Source: Lysobacterales bacterium | GTDB taxonomy: Bacteria; Pseudomonadota; Gammaproteobacteria; Xanthomonadales; SZUA-5 | DNA: 64,000 nt | Assembly: GCA_022844165.1 (NCBI GenBank) | Contig: JALHMH010000002.1 | Location: 218,910-282,909 of the forward strand | Direction of reading: 5' to 3' | Part shown: piece by piece, positions 1-11,127 of the stretch | Layout: every line of letters starts with the position of its first letter | Numbering within the stretch: the first letter of the stretch is position 1 | Position numbers and translations under genes: made by a program | The notes under the pieces: model-generated | The model's input: only the letters and a program-made list of their open reading frames with translations | Told to the model about the DNA's origin: nothing | The model's database searches: none

Positions 1-2009
1 TACTGGATCTGGCGCTGGAACTCGAAGGGCTGGTGCGCAATGCCGGCAAACACGCCGGTGGTCTGGTGATTGCGCCGACCGCTCTGACCGACTTTACGGC
101 GTTGTACGTCGAAGCCAAGGCCGATGCGGCTAACGATTTGCCGGTCACGCAATTCGACAAGGACGATGTCGAGTCGATCGGTCTTGTGAAGTTCGACTTT
201 CTCGGCCTGCGAACGTTGACGATCCTCAACTGGGCGATGGCGGCGATCAACACGAGGCGCGCCGCCGAAGGTTTGGAGCCGCTCGACATCGACTGGCTGC
301 CACTCGGTGATCGGGCGACCTACGAGCTGTTTTCGCGCGGCGATACCGTGGCCGTGTTCCAGTTCGAATCGGGTGGCATGCAGCGCTTGCTGAAAGACGC
401 CAAGCCCGATCGTTTCGAAGATTTGATCGCGCTGGTATCGCTGTATCGACCAGGGCCAATGGAGTTGATTCCGAGCTTCTGCGCACGCAAACATGGCCGC
501 GAGGAAATCGCCTATCCCGACCCGCGCGTCGAGCCGATCCTGAAAGAGACCTACGGCATTATGGTCTATCAGGAACAGGTGATGCAGATGGCGCAAATCG
601 TCGGCGGATACTCGCTCGGCGGCGCCGATTTGTTGCGCCGTGCGATGGGCAAGAAAAAGCCCGAGGAAATGGTCAAACATCGCGGCATCTTCCGCAGCGG
701 TGCTGAGAAAAACGGTGTTGCCGAGGCCAAGGCCGACGCCATCTTTGATCTGATGGAGAAGTTCGCCGGCTACGGCTTTAACAAGTCGCACGCCGCCGCC
801 TATGCGCTGGTGGCCTATCAGACTGCCTATCTGAAGACGCACTATCCAGCCGAGTTTTTGGCTGCGACGTTGTCATCCGATATGGATCGCACCGAGGCGG
901 TCGTTGAGTTCCTGAACGATGCGCGCGTACGTGGCATCAAAGTGCTGACCCCCTGCGTCAACCACTCGGTATTTCACTTCAAGGCACTGGGCAAGACCGT
1001 TCGTTATGGCCTGGGGGCGATCAAGGGCGTTGGCGTTCCCGCCAGTGAGGCGATCGTGCGCGAGCGCGAGCGCGGCGGACCCTTTCGCGATTTGCAGGAT
1101 TTTTGTTTGCGCGTCGACATGAGCAAGCTCAACCGGCGCGTCCTCGAAGCGCTGATTGCCGCTGGCGCTCTCGATGCACTCGGCCCGCATCGTGGCGCAC
1201 TGCTGGCCGGGCTACCCGACGCGACCAAGGCCGCCGAACAGCGCACGCGCGATGGCGCGGCTGGTCAGGTCGACCTTTTTGGCATCGGCAGCGCCGTTCC
1301 ATCTGCGCCGATCATCTTGCCGGACGTGCCGCCGCAACCGATGCTGGATTTGCTTGAGGGCGAAAAGCAGACGTTGGGCTGGTATGTGTCGGGGCATCCG
1401 CTGGATGTGATCGCGCCATGGTTACCGGAGATCACGAGCGGTAGCTTGATGGAGGTCGCCGCACGCGCGCCGAGAGACAAAAAGGGCCGATTCGGCGAAG
1501 TTGCGGCCACGATTGCCGGCATGGTCGGCCCGATGCGGCGCAAGGGCGATAGCGCATTCGTACAGCTGCAAGATCGATCCGGCAAACTGGAAACGCGCTT
1601 CTCGGGCGAAGCCTATGCCGAGTACGGCGGATTGATCGATGCGGCCGACATCCTGGTGCTCGAAGGCCAGATTGCATGGGACGAATTTCTGAATGCGCCG
1701 ATTTTGCGCGTCCGCCGCGCGCAGAATCTAACCGATGCCACGGCGAGCGCAGCACGTTCGCTCAAGGTGCGCCTGACTGATCCGGCTGCGAACATTGTCG
1801 AGCGTTTGAAGACGGTGCTTCGCGCCAGTCGCGGCGGCACACGCGTGCGCATCGACTTCAAGCGTGGCAATAGCGAAATGAGTTTCGATTTGGGCGACGA
1901 CTGGCGCGTGCGCGCGACACCGGCGCTGCTCGACGCCTTGCGCGGCTTGCCGAGTTGCGAGGCCAACATATTGTTTGCGCGGCAGATGGCCGAGAGCCTG
2001 GCGGCCTGA
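1..2009 (+). CDS. dnaE: DNA polymerase III alpha subunit, 5'-truncated at window edge
   Basis: Motifs GKHAGG, GLVKFDFLGLRTLT, LYRPGP, FAGYGFNKSHAAAYA, YGLGAIKGVG; C-terminal OB-fold region. Confidence 0.97.
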   Translation, partial: LDLALELEGLVRNAGKHAGGLVIAPTALTDFTALYVEAKADAANDLPVTQFDKDDVESIGLVKFDFLGLRTLTILNWAMAAINTRRAAEGLEPLDIDWLPLGDRATYELFSRGDTVAVFQFESGGMQRLLKDAKPDRFEDLIALVSLYRPGPMELIPSFCARKHGREEIAYPDPRVEPILKETYGIMVYQEQVMQMAQIVGGYSLGGADLLRRAMGKKKPEEMVKHRGIFRSGAEKNGVAEAKADAIFDLMEKFAGYGFNKSHAAAYALVAYQTAYLKTHYPAEFLAATLSSDMDRTEAVVEFLNDARVRGIKVLTPCVNHSVFHFKALGKTVRYGLGAIKGVGVPASEAIVRERERGGPFRDLQDFCLRVDMSKLNRRVLEALIAAGALDALGPHRGALLAGLPDATKAAEQRTRDGAAGQVDLFGIGSAVPSAPIILPDVPPQPMLDLLEGEKQTLGWYVSGHPLDVIAPWLPEITSGSLMEVAARAPRDKKGRFGEVAATIAGMVGPMRRKGDSAFVQLQDRSGKLETRFSGEAYAEYGGLIDAADILVLEGQIAWDEFLNAPILRVRRAQNLTDATASAARSLKVRLTDPAANIVERLKTVLRASRGGTRVRIDFKRGNSEMSFDLGDDWRVRATPALLDALRGLPSCEANILFARQMAESLAA

Positions 2010-2152
2010 CATCGCGCTGGCGGACGTTTCTTTGACCGCAGCTAAGTATCCTCTGCAATCACTTGCGCGACAGCGCGATCGCCCTGGGTATGCAAGCATC
2101 TGCGCTACGTTCCTGTCGCCTCCCACTGCACTCAAGCCCATTTAGGACCACT

Positions 2153-4903
2153 ATGACCCAGCGTATCGCCGCTCTTGCCGTTGCCCTGGCGTTGAGCACC
2201 GTCGTTCAAGGCACTGAGCTCGACATCCCCTTCGATACTTTCGAGCTGGACAATGGACTGAATGTTGTCGTGCACCAGGACAGCAAGGCGCCAGTGGTGG
2301 CGGTATCGATTTGGTACCACGTGGGATCAAAGGATGAAAAAGCAGACCGGACGGGTTTTGCCCACTTGTTCGAGCACCTGATGTTTCAAGGCTCGGAAAA
2401 CTACAACGACGAGTACTTCAAACCGTTCGAACGGGTCGGCGCAACGGACATGAACGGGACGACGTCGTTGGATCGCACCAACTATTTTCAAACGGTGCCA
2501 AAGACAGCGCTCGATATGGCGCTATGGATGGAATCGGACCGTATGGGTCATCTGCTCGGCGTGATCGATCAGGCGCGTCTGGACGAACAACGAGGGGTCG
2601 TCAAGAACGAAAAGCGCCAGGGCGAGAATGCGCCGTATGGGCGGGTCTTTGAGGCAATCCTGCGCGCCAGTTTCCCAGAGGGACATCCCTATCGTTGGAG
2701 CTCGATCGGCTCCATTGAACACTTGGAGGCCGCCTCACTCGACGATGTCAAGGCGTGGTTCAAGCGGTATTACGGCGCGGCGAATGCAACATTGGTGCTG
2801 GCCGGCGATGTAACGCTTGACGAAGCCCGGGAAAAGGTACAACGATATTTTGGCCACATCGATGCCGGTCCGCCCTTGACGCGCCTTGAGGCCTGGGTGG
2901 CGCCGCGAGTGGAAGCCACGCGCGAGGTGATGTACGACCGCGTTGCTCAAGCGCGTGTGCACATGACCTATAACGTCGCGCAACTCGGCGAAGCGGACGC
3001 CGATTACCTCGAAATTGCGGCGCAAGTGCTCGGGCAAGGCAAGACGTCGCGTCTTTACCAACGGCTGGTCCAGACCGACCGCATTGCCGATAGCGTTGTT
3101 GCTTATCCGATCAGCTTCGAGTTGGCCGGGTTGTTTGTCATTGAAGCGGACGTCAAGGCCGGCGTGTCGATGGCGACGGTGGAACAGGCCATCGACGATG
3201 AGTTGCAGAAGCTGCTACGAGAAGGCCCGACCGAAGACGAACTCGCCGCAGCGCGCACAGAACTGCGCAGCAACTTTGTGCGCGGAATCCAACGGGTCGG
3301 CGGATTCGCTGGCAAAGCCGGCGTGCTCGCCGAGTGCGCCGTTTATCAGGGCGACCCCGGTTGCTTTAGGACCTCGCTCACGCGCCAACTCGAAGCCACC
3401 GCCGAGGACGTGAGCGGTGCCGCGCGGCGCTGGTTGAGTCAGGGCCGACACACGCTCGAGGTGCGTCCGCAACCCAAATACCAGAGCGCCACCAGCGCCG
3501 TAGACCGCAGCGCCGGTGTGCCCGACGTCAGCGACTTTCCCGAAGTCGATTTTCCGACACTCGAACGCGGCACCTTGAAAAACGGCTTGCCCGTGGTGCT
3601 CGCCGCCCGTGGCGGTGTGCCACTGGTCAATGTGGAACTGCTGTTCGAAGGCGGTTCGGCCGCGGACGTTGGTCGCCACCTGGGAACGGCGAGTTTTACC
3701 TTCAGCATGCTCGATGAAGGCGCAGGAAAGCGCGATGCTTTGCAAATCGCCAGCGCACTCAAAGCGATCGGCGCCGACCTGTCCGCGGGCGCCAGCCTTG
3801 ATTTTGGCAACGCAGGGGTGTCCAGTCTGACCGAACAAATCGACCCGGCTCTGGCGATTTTAGCCGATGTGGTTCGCCGACCGACGTTCGCGGCGAGCGA
3901 GATCGAGCGTGTTCGCCAACAGTGGCTCGCCGGGATCAAGCAAGAAAAAACTGAACCCAATGCGCTTGGCTTTCGACTGATGCCGCGCCTGCTGTATGGC
4001 GATACGCATCCCTATTCAGCGCCATTTACCGGTTCGGGAACAGAGGCGAGTATCGCGGCGCTGAAGCGCGAAGATCTGGTTGCTTATCACAGCGCGGCAA
4101 TTCGCCCCGATAACGCCAAGATACTGGTGTCCGGCGACATCCGCATGGCGCAATTGCTGCCGCTTCTGGAAAAGCACTTTGGCGCTTGGCGGGCGCCGAG
4201 CGCGCCCAAAGCGCAGGTGACGCGACCACAAGTGCCTCTGCCGACATCGCCGCGCGTGTACTTGCTCGACCGCCCGGAGGCGCCGCAAACGGTGATCATG
4301 GCCGGGCACCTTGCGCCCAGCACGCTTGTCGACAACCTCACCAATATTGGCACGATGAACTCGATTCTCGGTGGTGGTTTTACCTCGCGCATCAACATGA
4401 ACCTGCGCGAAGAAAAACATTGGAGTTACGGCGCCGGTATCAGCCTGCCGAACGCGCTGGGCCAACGACCGTGGATCGTTGTAGCGCCAGTGCAAACGGA
4501 CAAGACCGCCGAGGCGATTGTGGAAATCCGCAACGAAATCGTCGCCTATCTCGATGGCGAACCGGCCACAGCCGATGAGCTCGACAAGATCAAAGCGCGC
4601 GATGTGCGCTCATTGCCTGGTGCATTCGAAACGGTCGGCGCCGTGCAGAGCGCCCTGCGCTCGATCGTGCAGTACGGCCGGCCGGACGACTATGTGCGCC
4701 AGAGCAAGGCGCGCATTGAGGCGCAGACGCTGCAAAGTGTGCGAGCTGCCGCAAAACAAGTGATCCAGCCGCAGGCGTTGGCGTGGGTTGTTGTCGGTGA
4801 TCTGAAAAAAATCGAGGCCAACGTCCGTGCCCTGAATCTGGGCCCGGTGACGGTGGTCGACGACGACGGCATGCCGCGAGGAAACGGCCCAGCGCAAGAA
4901 TGA
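2153..4903 (+). CDS. M16 family (pitrilysin/PqqL-like) zinc peptidase with signal peptide
   Basis: Inverted zinc motif HLFEH in GFAHLFEHLMFQGS; second M16 half with LREEKHWSYG; ATG 2153 preceded by AGGA. Confidence 0.9.
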   Translation: MTQRIAALAVALALSTVVQGTELDIPFDTFELDNGLNVVVHQDSKAPVVAVSIWYHVGSKDEKADRTGFAHLFEHLMFQGSENYNDEYFKPFERVGATDMNGTTSLDRTNYFQTVPKTALDMALWMESDRMGHLLGVIDQARLDEQRGVVKNEKRQGENAPYGRVFEAILRASFPEGHPYRWSSIGSIEHLEAASLDDVKAWFKRYYGAANATLVLAGDVTLDEAREKVQRYFGHIDAGPPLTRLEAWVAPRVEATREVMYDRVAQARVHMTYNVAQLGEADADYLEIAAQVLGQGKTSRLYQRLVQTDRIADSVVAYPISFELAGLFVIEADVKAGVSMATVEQAIDDELQKLLREGPTEDELAAARTELRSNFVRGIQRVGGFAGKAGVLAECAVYQGDPGCFRTSLTRQLEATAEDVSGAARRWLSQGRHTLEVRPQPKYQSATSAVDRSAGVPDVSDFPEVDFPTLERGTLKNGLPVVLAARGGVPLVNVELLFEGGSAADVGRHLGTASFTFSMLDEGAGKRDALQIASALKAIGADLSAGASLDFGNAGVSSLTEQIDPALAILADVVRRPTFAASEIERVRQQWLAGIKQEKTEPNALGFRLMPRLLYGDTHPYSAPFTGSGTEASIAALKREDLVAYHSAAIRPDNAKILVSGDIRMAQLLPLLEKHFGAWRAPSAPKAQVTRPQVPLPTSPRVYLLDRPEAPQTVIMAGHLAPSTLVDNLTNIGTMNSILGGGFTSRINMNLREEKHWSYGAGISLPNALGQRPWIVVAPVQTDKTAEAIVEIRNEIVAYLDGEPATADELDKIKARDVRSLPGAFETVGAVQSALRSIVQYGRPDDYVRQSKARIEAQTLQSVRAAAKQVIQPQALAWVVVGDLKKIEANVRALNLGPVTVVDDDGMPRGNGPAQE

Positions 4904-5055
4904 CGCCGATACCTACGGCGGGTCATCTTGGGCCGAACAACCTTCGTCTTCACCTTACTTAGCGAAGGTCGATATCGAACCGAGCGACTTTTTCGCACGT
5001 TTGCGGTTAACATCCGCGCCCATTTTGGCCACCTGTACCGGCCAGCGGATCGTTC

Positions 5056-7542
5056 ATGAGCAAGAACTTACTGATCGTCGAGTCGCCCGCAAAGGTCAAG
5101 ACCATCAACAAAGTGCTGGGCAAAGACTTTGCGGTGATGGCGTCTTATGGCCACGTGCGCGACTTGCAAAGCAAAGACGGATCGGTCGATACCGAGCGCG
5201 ATTTCGAAATGGCCTACGAGGTCATCGATCGCAATCAGAAACATGTCGACGCGATTGCGAAAGCCGCGAAACTCGCCGACTCGATTTACCTGGCAACCGA
5301 CTTGGACCGCGAAGGAGAGGCGATCAGCTGGCACGTGTATGAAATCTTGCGGCAGAAGAAACTGCTGAAAGACAAGACCGTACACCGCGTCACATTCGGC
5401 GAGATCACGCCGCGCGCGATCAAGGATGCGATTGCCCATCCGCGCACCTTGTCCCTCGATCTGATCAACGCACAACAGGCCCGGCGCGCGCTCGATTATC
5501 TGGTCGGCTTCAATCTGTCGCCCTTGTTGTGGAAGAAAGTGCAGCGCGGCCTGTCGGCTGGACGCGTGCAAAGCCCGGCGCTGCGCATGATCGTTGAGCG
5601 CGAAGAAGAGATCGAACGCTTCGTGCCACGCGAGTACTGGAGCATCGACGCGCTTTGCGAGGCGGGCCAGCAATTTCCTGCCAAGCTCACGCACTTCAAC
5701 GGCAAACGCCTCGATCAGTTCGATTTGCACAACGATGTCGGCGCCAACGCTGCGCGCGAACAAGTCATGCGCGGTGCCAAAGCGCATGCGCCCAAGGGCG
5801 CGCTAAAAGTCGTCGACGTGCAACGCAAAGATCGGCAACGCCGCGCGGCGCCGCCGTTCATTACTTCTACCTTGCAGCAAGAAGCGGCGCGCAAGCTCGG
5901 CTTCGGTACCCAGCGCACGATGCGTATCGCCCAAGGTTTGTATGAGGGCGTCGATGTCGGCGAAGGCGGACAGGTCGGCATCATCACCTACATGCGTACC
6001 GACTCGGTCAGCCTGGCGGCCGATGCCATTGCCGAAATCCGGCAGGCCATCGCTCGCGAATACGGCGCCGATAAAGTTCCGGAAAGCGCGAACTTCTACA
6101 AAACCAAGAGCAAGAACGCACAAGAAGCGCATGAAGCGATTCGCCCCACGTCGGCACTTCGCACGCCGGCCGCCATTGCCAAGTATCTGACGCCGGATCA
6201 GCTCAAACTGTACGAGTTGATCTGGAAGCGCACGATGGCCTGCCAGATGCGCCCTGCGCTGCTGAATACGGTCAGCGTCGACCTGGAAGCCGGCAAGGGC
6301 GATACTCTGCGCGCGAGCGGCACCACAGTCATCGAGCCGGGCTTTTTGGCGGTGTACGAAGAGGGTCGCGATCAGAAGTCGGAAGATGACGATGCCGGCA
6401 GCAAGTTGCCGCCTTTGGCCATCGGGCAGCTGGTTACACTCGTCGAATTGACCGCCGAACAACACTTCACCGAACCGCCGCCGCGCTTCTCGGAAGCCAG
6501 TTTGGTCAAGGCGCTCGAAGAATTCGGCATTGGCCGCCCATCGACCTACGCCAGCATCATTCAAGTGTTGCTCGCGCGCGAATACGTCACGCTGGATCAG
6601 CGCCGCTTTCAGCCGACCGATGTGGGCCGCGTTGTCGCCAAGTTCCTGTCCGGCCATTTCACGCAGTATGTCGATTACGAATTCACGGCGCGGCTCGAAG
6701 ACGAGCTCGACGCCGTGGCGCGCGGCGAAAAAGACTGGGTACCGGTGTTGCGCGAATTTTGGGAACCCTTCAAGCAACTTGTCGACGACAAGAGCGAAAA
6801 CGTGACACGAACCGAAGCGCAGCAGGGACGCGTGCTCGGTGTCGACCCAACCAGCGGCAAGGAAGTGTCGGTCCGTTTGGGTCGTTACGGACCCTGTGTT
6901 CAGATCGGTACCAAGGACGATGACGAGAAGCCACGCTTCGCTTCGCTGCGCGCCGGGCAGAAGATGGATACCATCAGCTTTGCCGAGGCCATGAAACTGT
7001 TCGAAATGCCGCGCAAACTCGGGCAAAACGAAGCGGGCGAAGACATCAGCGTAGGCATCGGCCGCTTCGGCCCGTTCGTCAAAGCTGGCAGTACGTATGC
7101 GTCAATTCCGGCCGGCACCGATCCGTTCGAGATCGACCTGGCAGCGGCCGCCGAACTGTTGCGCGCCAAACGCGAAGCCGCCGCGAACAAGGTCATCGTC
7201 AGCTTCCTGGATGGTGCCATACAGGTGCTCCGCGGCAAGTTCGGGCCCTACATTACCGACGGCACGAAGAACGCTCGCGTTCCTAAAGACATCGCGCCGG
7301 AAAAGCTCACCGAGGAAGACTGCGCTGCTGCACTTGCCGCAGCGCCGGCCAAGAGCGCCGGACGCGGTCGTTTTGCGAAAAAGGCCGCTCAGACCGCACC
7401 CGCTAAAGCGACAGCCAAAGCGTCAAGCGAGAAAAAGACGGCCGTGCGTGCGCCCAAAAAAGCCGTAGCGAAAAAACCAGCAGCGAAAAAACCGGCCGCC
7501 AAGAAGTCCGTCAAAAAGGTGACCCGGAAGACCGCAGCCTGA
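5056..7542 (+). CDS. topA: DNA topoisomerase I with GRFGP-type C-terminal repeats and Lys/Ala tail
   Basis: IVESPAK, ATDLDREGEAI, SAGRVQS, catalytic ITYMRTDS, GIGRPSTY. Confidence 0.97.
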   Translation: MSKNLLIVESPAKVKTINKVLGKDFAVMASYGHVRDLQSKDGSVDTERDFEMAYEVIDRNQKHVDAIAKAAKLADSIYLATDLDREGEAISWHVYEILRQKKLLKDKTVHRVTFGEITPRAIKDAIAHPRTLSLDLINAQQARRALDYLVGFNLSPLLWKKVQRGLSAGRVQSPALRMIVEREEEIERFVPREYWSIDALCEAGQQFPAKLTHFNGKRLDQFDLHNDVGANAAREQVMRGAKAHAPKGALKVVDVQRKDRQRRAAPPFITSTLQQEAARKLGFGTQRTMRIAQGLYEGVDVGEGGQVGIITYMRTDSVSLAADAIAEIRQAIAREYGADKVPESANFYKTKSKNAQEAHEAIRPTSALRTPAAIAKYLTPDQLKLYELIWKRTMACQMRPALLNTVSVDLEAGKGDTLRASGTTVIEPGFLAVYEEGRDQKSEDDDAGSKLPPLAIGQLVTLVELTAEQHFTEPPPRFSEASLVKALEEFGIGRPSTYASIIQVLLAREYVTLDQRRFQPTDVGRVVAKFLSGHFTQYVDYEFTARLEDELDAVARGEKDWVPVLREFWEPFKQLVDDKSENVTRTEAQQGRVLGVDPTSGKEVSVRLGRYGPCVQIGTKDDDEKPRFASLRAGQKMDTISFAEAMKLFEMPRKLGQNEAGEDISVGIGRFGPFVKAGSTYASIPAGTDPFEIDLAAAAELLRAKREAAANKVIVSFLDGAIQVLRGKFGPYITDGTKNARVPKDIAPEKLTEEDCAAALAAAPAKSAGRGRFAKKAAQTAPAKATAKASSEKKTAVRAPKKAVAKKPAAKKPAAKKSVKKVTRKTAA

Positions 7543-7572
7543 GGCGACGCGGTCGCTTTCAGGCGGATCCTG

Positions 7573-8274
7573 TCAGGGTATCCAGATCAGGCTGGCCATG
7601 CGCCCGCTACGGTCGCCGTCGCGACGGAAGGAGTGGAAACGTCGTGCGTCGCTGGCTGTGCACCATTGACCGCCACTGGTTTCGACACCGTGCGTGGCGA
7701 GTCGGCGGCGCGCCAGTAATGGCAAGTCCGCAAACCATCGATCGCCACGCCCCGGTCTGAATGCCGCCTCGGCGCCGCGATCTGCCATCAGCAACGCCTC
7801 ACGCACTTCCGGACCGATTTCAAAGGCGTCCAATCCGATCGCCGGACCAATCCACGCTCGATAGTGGGCACTGCCCGCACTGAGTTTGCCCAGGGTCGCC
7901 TCGATGACGCCGGCCGCCAATCCGCGCCAGCCAGCGTGGATCGCAGCGATTTGTGCGCCATCCGACCGGGCGAGCAGAATCGGCAGACAATCCGCGGTGA
8001 GGATCGCCAGCGGTTCGCCGCTACTGATCGCAGCGTCGGCGTCGATCTCTCGGTGGTCGAGCGAAACGGTGGCACCATGGGTTTGCCGTAACCAGCGAGG
8101 CTGACTCGGCAAGTCGAGTTGTTCGACCAGACGCCGCCGATTTTCCTCCAACCCCGGGTCCATTTGGGCCCCAAAGTTGGCCGGTCCATAGGGTGGCATC
8201 GAGACGCCGGCAAAATCGCGACAGGCACATCCCGCGTGCACGCCAGGCAAAGACGCATCCAACCAACCTTTCAT
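7573..8274 (-). CDS. pgeF: Peptidoglycan editing factor PgeF (YfiH, laccase-domain)
   Basis: LRQTHG, ILTADCLP, AAIHAGWRG, SFRRD, GRMASLIW; lies downstream of rluD; start approximate. Confidence 0.9.
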   Translation of the reverse strand: MKGWLDASLPGVHAGCACRDFAGVSMPPYGPANFGAQMDPGLEENRRRLVEQLDLPSQPRWLRQTHGATVSLDHREIDADAAISSGEPLAILTADCLPILLARSDGAQIAAIHAGWRGLAAGVIEATLGKLSAGSAHYRAWIGPAIGLDAFEIGPEVREALLMADRGAEAAFRPGRGDRWFADLPLLARRRLATHGVETSGGQWCTASDARRFHSFRRDGDRSGRMASLIWIP

Positions 8275-8326
8275 CCCAGCCCGCATATCGACATCCGATG
8301 CGCTCGGCAGAGCGCTCAATGACAGA

Positions 8327-9286
8327 TCAATCGCGCAGCGCTTGCAGCAGCGCCGCAAAGTCTGCTGGGGGCGGCGCATTCGCGCTGACCGGCGCAGCAT
8401 TCACCGGGTGGCTGAACGCCAAAGTCTCAGCGTGCAGCGCTTGACGTCTGAATCCGCGCAGCGCGGCGGTGGCCGATGCGCTGGCGCCCGGCGGTAACTT
8501 CAGCGCACCGCCGTACAGCGGATCGCCCACAATACCTTTGCGCAAATGCGCCATATGCACGCGAATCTGGTGAGTGCGGCCAGTTTCCAGCTGCACACGC
8601 AACAAGGTGTGAGCCGCAAAGCGTTCGACCACACGATAATGGCTGACCGCCGAGCGCCCACCCTCGAGAACGGCCATCTTCAAGCGATCGGTTGGATGGC
8701 GGCCAATGGGTGCATCAACTGTGCCGCCGGAAATCACATGGCCGCTGACCAATGCGAGGTACTCACGCCTCACCTTGCGCAGGCTCAGCGCTTTGACCAG
8801 CTTCTGGTGCGCCCCCAAAGTGCGCGCGACAACCATCACACCACTGGTGTCTTTGTCGAGCCGATGGACCACACCGGCGCGAGGCAGTGCGGCGAGCGTT
8901 GCATCGTAATGCAATAGCGCATTGACCAAGGTGCCAGTGCGGTTGCCCGCGCCCGGATGCACCACCAACCCAGGCGGTTTGTCGATCACCAGAAACGCCG
9001 GATCGTCGATCAGGATGCTAAGCGGAATGGCTTCAGGTGCATCGTTGCTCACGGTCTCGATCGTGACCATCAGGCGGACAGATTCCCCGCCGCGAACGAT
9101 GTCGCGCGGGCGAGCAATTTTGCCACCGAGCAGGGCGGCGCCATCTTTGATCCAGGCGGCCAGGCGCGAGCGGGAAAATTGCGGAAACGTCGACGCGAGC
9201 GCGGCGTCGAAACGCTGTCCCGCCGCTGTCGGCGGAATCGTCCCGATGAGCGTTTCGGTGCTTAGAACGGCCAAACGCGACGCCAC
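8327..9286 (-). CDS. rluD: 23S rRNA pseudouridine synthase RluD
   Basis: S4 domain, [40 protein letters not shown]. Confidence 0.95.
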   Translation of the reverse strand: MASRLAVLSTETLIGTIPPTAAGQRFDAALASTFPQFSRSRLAAWIKDGAALLGGKIARPRDIVRGGESVRLMVTIETVSNDAPEAIPLSILIDDPAFLVIDKPPGLVVHPGAGNRTGTLVNALLHYDATLAALPRAGVVHRLDKDTSGVMVVARTLGAHQKLVKALSLRKVRREYLALVSGHVISGGTVDAPIGRHPTDRLKMAVLEGGRSAVSHYRVVERFAAHTLLRVQLETGRTHQIRVHMAHLRKGIVGDPLYGGALKLPPGASASATAALRGFRRQALHAETLAFSHPVNAAPVSANAPPPADFAALLQALRD

Positions 9287-10068
9287 CAGGATTTCTTCTG
9301 CGCGGTGCCGCCAGCGTAGCCGGGCGCATTCAACTCCAACACTCGACGTGCGTCGTCGGCGAATTCGTTCTGGCCGAGCGCAGTGTAAGCCTCTACCTGG
9401 ATCGCCAGGGCTTCCGGAATTTGCGCCGACTGTTGATAGTTTTCAATGATGTACTTCGCACGATTGGCAGCGGCAACGTAGGCTGCGCGCCGCATGTAGT
9501 AGCGCGCGATGTTCAATTCGTAACTGGCCAGGTCGTTGCGCAGGAACACCATGCGTTGACGCGCATCGCTGGCGTAACGGCTGTTTGGATAGCGGCGCAG
9601 TAACTCGGAGAAATCGTTGAACGACTGGCGTGCCGCTTCAGTGTCGCGGTTGCCTGCCTGGCTCGGTAGCCAACGGTCGATGTAGCTGCGGTTGCGGTCG
9701 AAGTTCACAAGTCCGCGCAAGTAAAACGCATAGTCGATCTTCGGATGCGCCGGATTGGTCTTGATAAAACGGTTGACGGTGCTCACCGCTTCGTCGTACT
9801 GCGAGCGCTTGTATTGCGCGAAAGCCAGATCGAGCTGCGCCTGCTCGGCGTAATCGCCGAACGGAAACCGCGACGTCAGCCGCTTGTAATAACGGATTGC
9901 GCGTTCGTAGTTGCCACCTTCCATCGACGCCTTGGCTTCCTCATACAACGCATCGACCGGCAACGTCTCGGTCTCATCCAGCCGCTCGTCGCCGCGCTTG
10001 CAGCCCGCAAGTAAAACCACGGCCAACACCATCGCCGCCAGGCGAACCCAAGAGAAAGAGCGCTTCAT
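9262..10068 (-). CDS. bamD: Outer membrane assembly lipoprotein BamD
   Basis: Lipobox LAGC, TPR repeats, [21 protein letters not shown]. Confidence 0.93.
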   Translation of the reverse strand: MKRSFSWVRLAAMVLAVVLLAGCKRGDERLDETETLPVDALYEEAKASMEGGNYERAIRYYKRLTSRFPFGDYAEQAQLDLAFAQYKRSQYDEAVSTVNRFIKTNPAHPKIDYAFYLRGLVNFDRNRSYIDRWLPSQAGNRDTEAARQSFNDFSELLRRYPNSRYASDARQRMVFLRNDLASYELNIARYYMRRAAYVAAANRAKYIIENYQQSAQIPEALAIQVEAYTALGQNEFADDARRVLELNAPGYAGGTAQKKSWWRRVWPF

Positions 10069-10203
10069 GCACGGCATCCGAGATCGACGTCAGACGGCGG
10101 ATGATAACCGCGGCGCAGAGCGTTGCTCTGTTCGTCGCAACAGGCGTTCAGCGAACACGGTTTGCCCACTGCCAGAACGCGTTTGATGTCGCGACGGAAA
10201 AAC

Positions 10204-10845
10204 TCAATCCTCAATTGGCTGCAGTTTGGGCGCTGGGCGAAACTCGCCGACGACATCAACGCCGGCCGGCGGCTCAAAGGTGAAAACCCCGGCGTTCAGT
10301 GTCGGATTGCGCGCCCAGTCGGTAAAGACGATTTCCGTACGTTGCCCGACAACGTCCGTGATCACCATGCGCACCAGTTGCGCTTCGCGCAACCCAAGGT
10401 CGACCGAGGTGAATTCCGCATCGGAGGTTTTTGGTGCCAGTGTCAGCCACTTTGCACCATCGCGCTCGCCACCCTCGGTGACGTTGAACTGCTCGTCCAT
10501 CACGCTCAAGTCGAGCAACACGGCCAGCGGGCTGCGCGTTTCGTCGAAGGACTGCGGACGCACGCTCACCTGCTCCAACTCAACGTCGTAAATCCAGACA
10601 TGATCGCCATCGGCGATGATTTGCTGCTCGTCCGGCTCGCGGTATTCCCAACGGAAGCGATCAGGCCTCGCGAGCATCACTGTGCCGCTGGAGCGGTCCA
10701 GTGATTCGCCGTCGGCATCGTAGACTTGTTGTACAAACGTCGCCGACAGTGACGCCGCGCCATCCGCCATCTGCTCCAGTTCGGTTCGGGCGTCCGCCCA
10801 CGCCAAAACGGGTAGCGTTGCCAACAGCAGCCATAGATGTCTCAT
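10204..10845 (-). CDS. lolA: Periplasmic lipoprotein chaperone LolA
   Basis: Signal peptide; RPDRFRWEY, IIADGDHVWIYDVELEQV, FTFEPPAGVDV; the longer ORF-track start runs through a repeat. Confidence 0.92.
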   Translation of the reverse strand: MRHLWLLLATLPVLAWADARTELEQMADGAASLSATFVQQVYDADGESLDRSSGTVMLARPDRFRWEYREPDEQQIIADGDHVWIYDVELEQVSVRPQSFDETRSPLAVLLDLSVMDEQFNVTEGGERDGAKWLTLAPKTSDAEFTSVDLGLREAQLVRMVITDVVGQRTEIVFTDWARNPTLNAGVFTFEPPAGVDVVGEFRPAPKLQPIED

Positions 10846-10913
10846 CACGGTAACCCTCTCGATGTACCCGATACACGATAAGTGATGCGCTTGAACATCG
10901 GCAAAATCAATGG

Positions 10914-11047
10914 CGAGGCTGCGCCTGAGCCGCCGAGCATTGTTGGCTTCGCTCGGCAGCGTGCTTTTCACAACCCGCGCTTTTGCATTTCCGGCCCAGT
11001 GGCGCAGTCGCTGGGCGTTCGACTCGGCACGCGCCTGCGGTAAAGCG
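10914..11047 (-). repeat. Dispersed hairpin element, partial copy (modules A+B)
   Basis: Near-identical to 34991-35137 (CGAGGCT..CGCCGAGCATTGTTGGCTTCG..GCATTTCCGGCCCAG..GTCGCTGGGCGTTCGACTCG). Confidence 0.9.
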
Positions 11048-11127
11048 ATGTGCCCATAGCCAGTGTTCATTTCGACAGACCGTTGCTGATGCGCTAAGGT
11101 CGCTGGGGTCGACACGAGGTTGTGTGT

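Noticed and set aside
4950-5000. Further copy of the dispersed element upstream of topA
   Set aside because: Only ACTTAGCGA (9 nt) matches, which is not significant.
7340-7542. Lys/Ala-rich TopA tail as a novelty
   Set aside because: Such basic tails are common on this TopA subtype.
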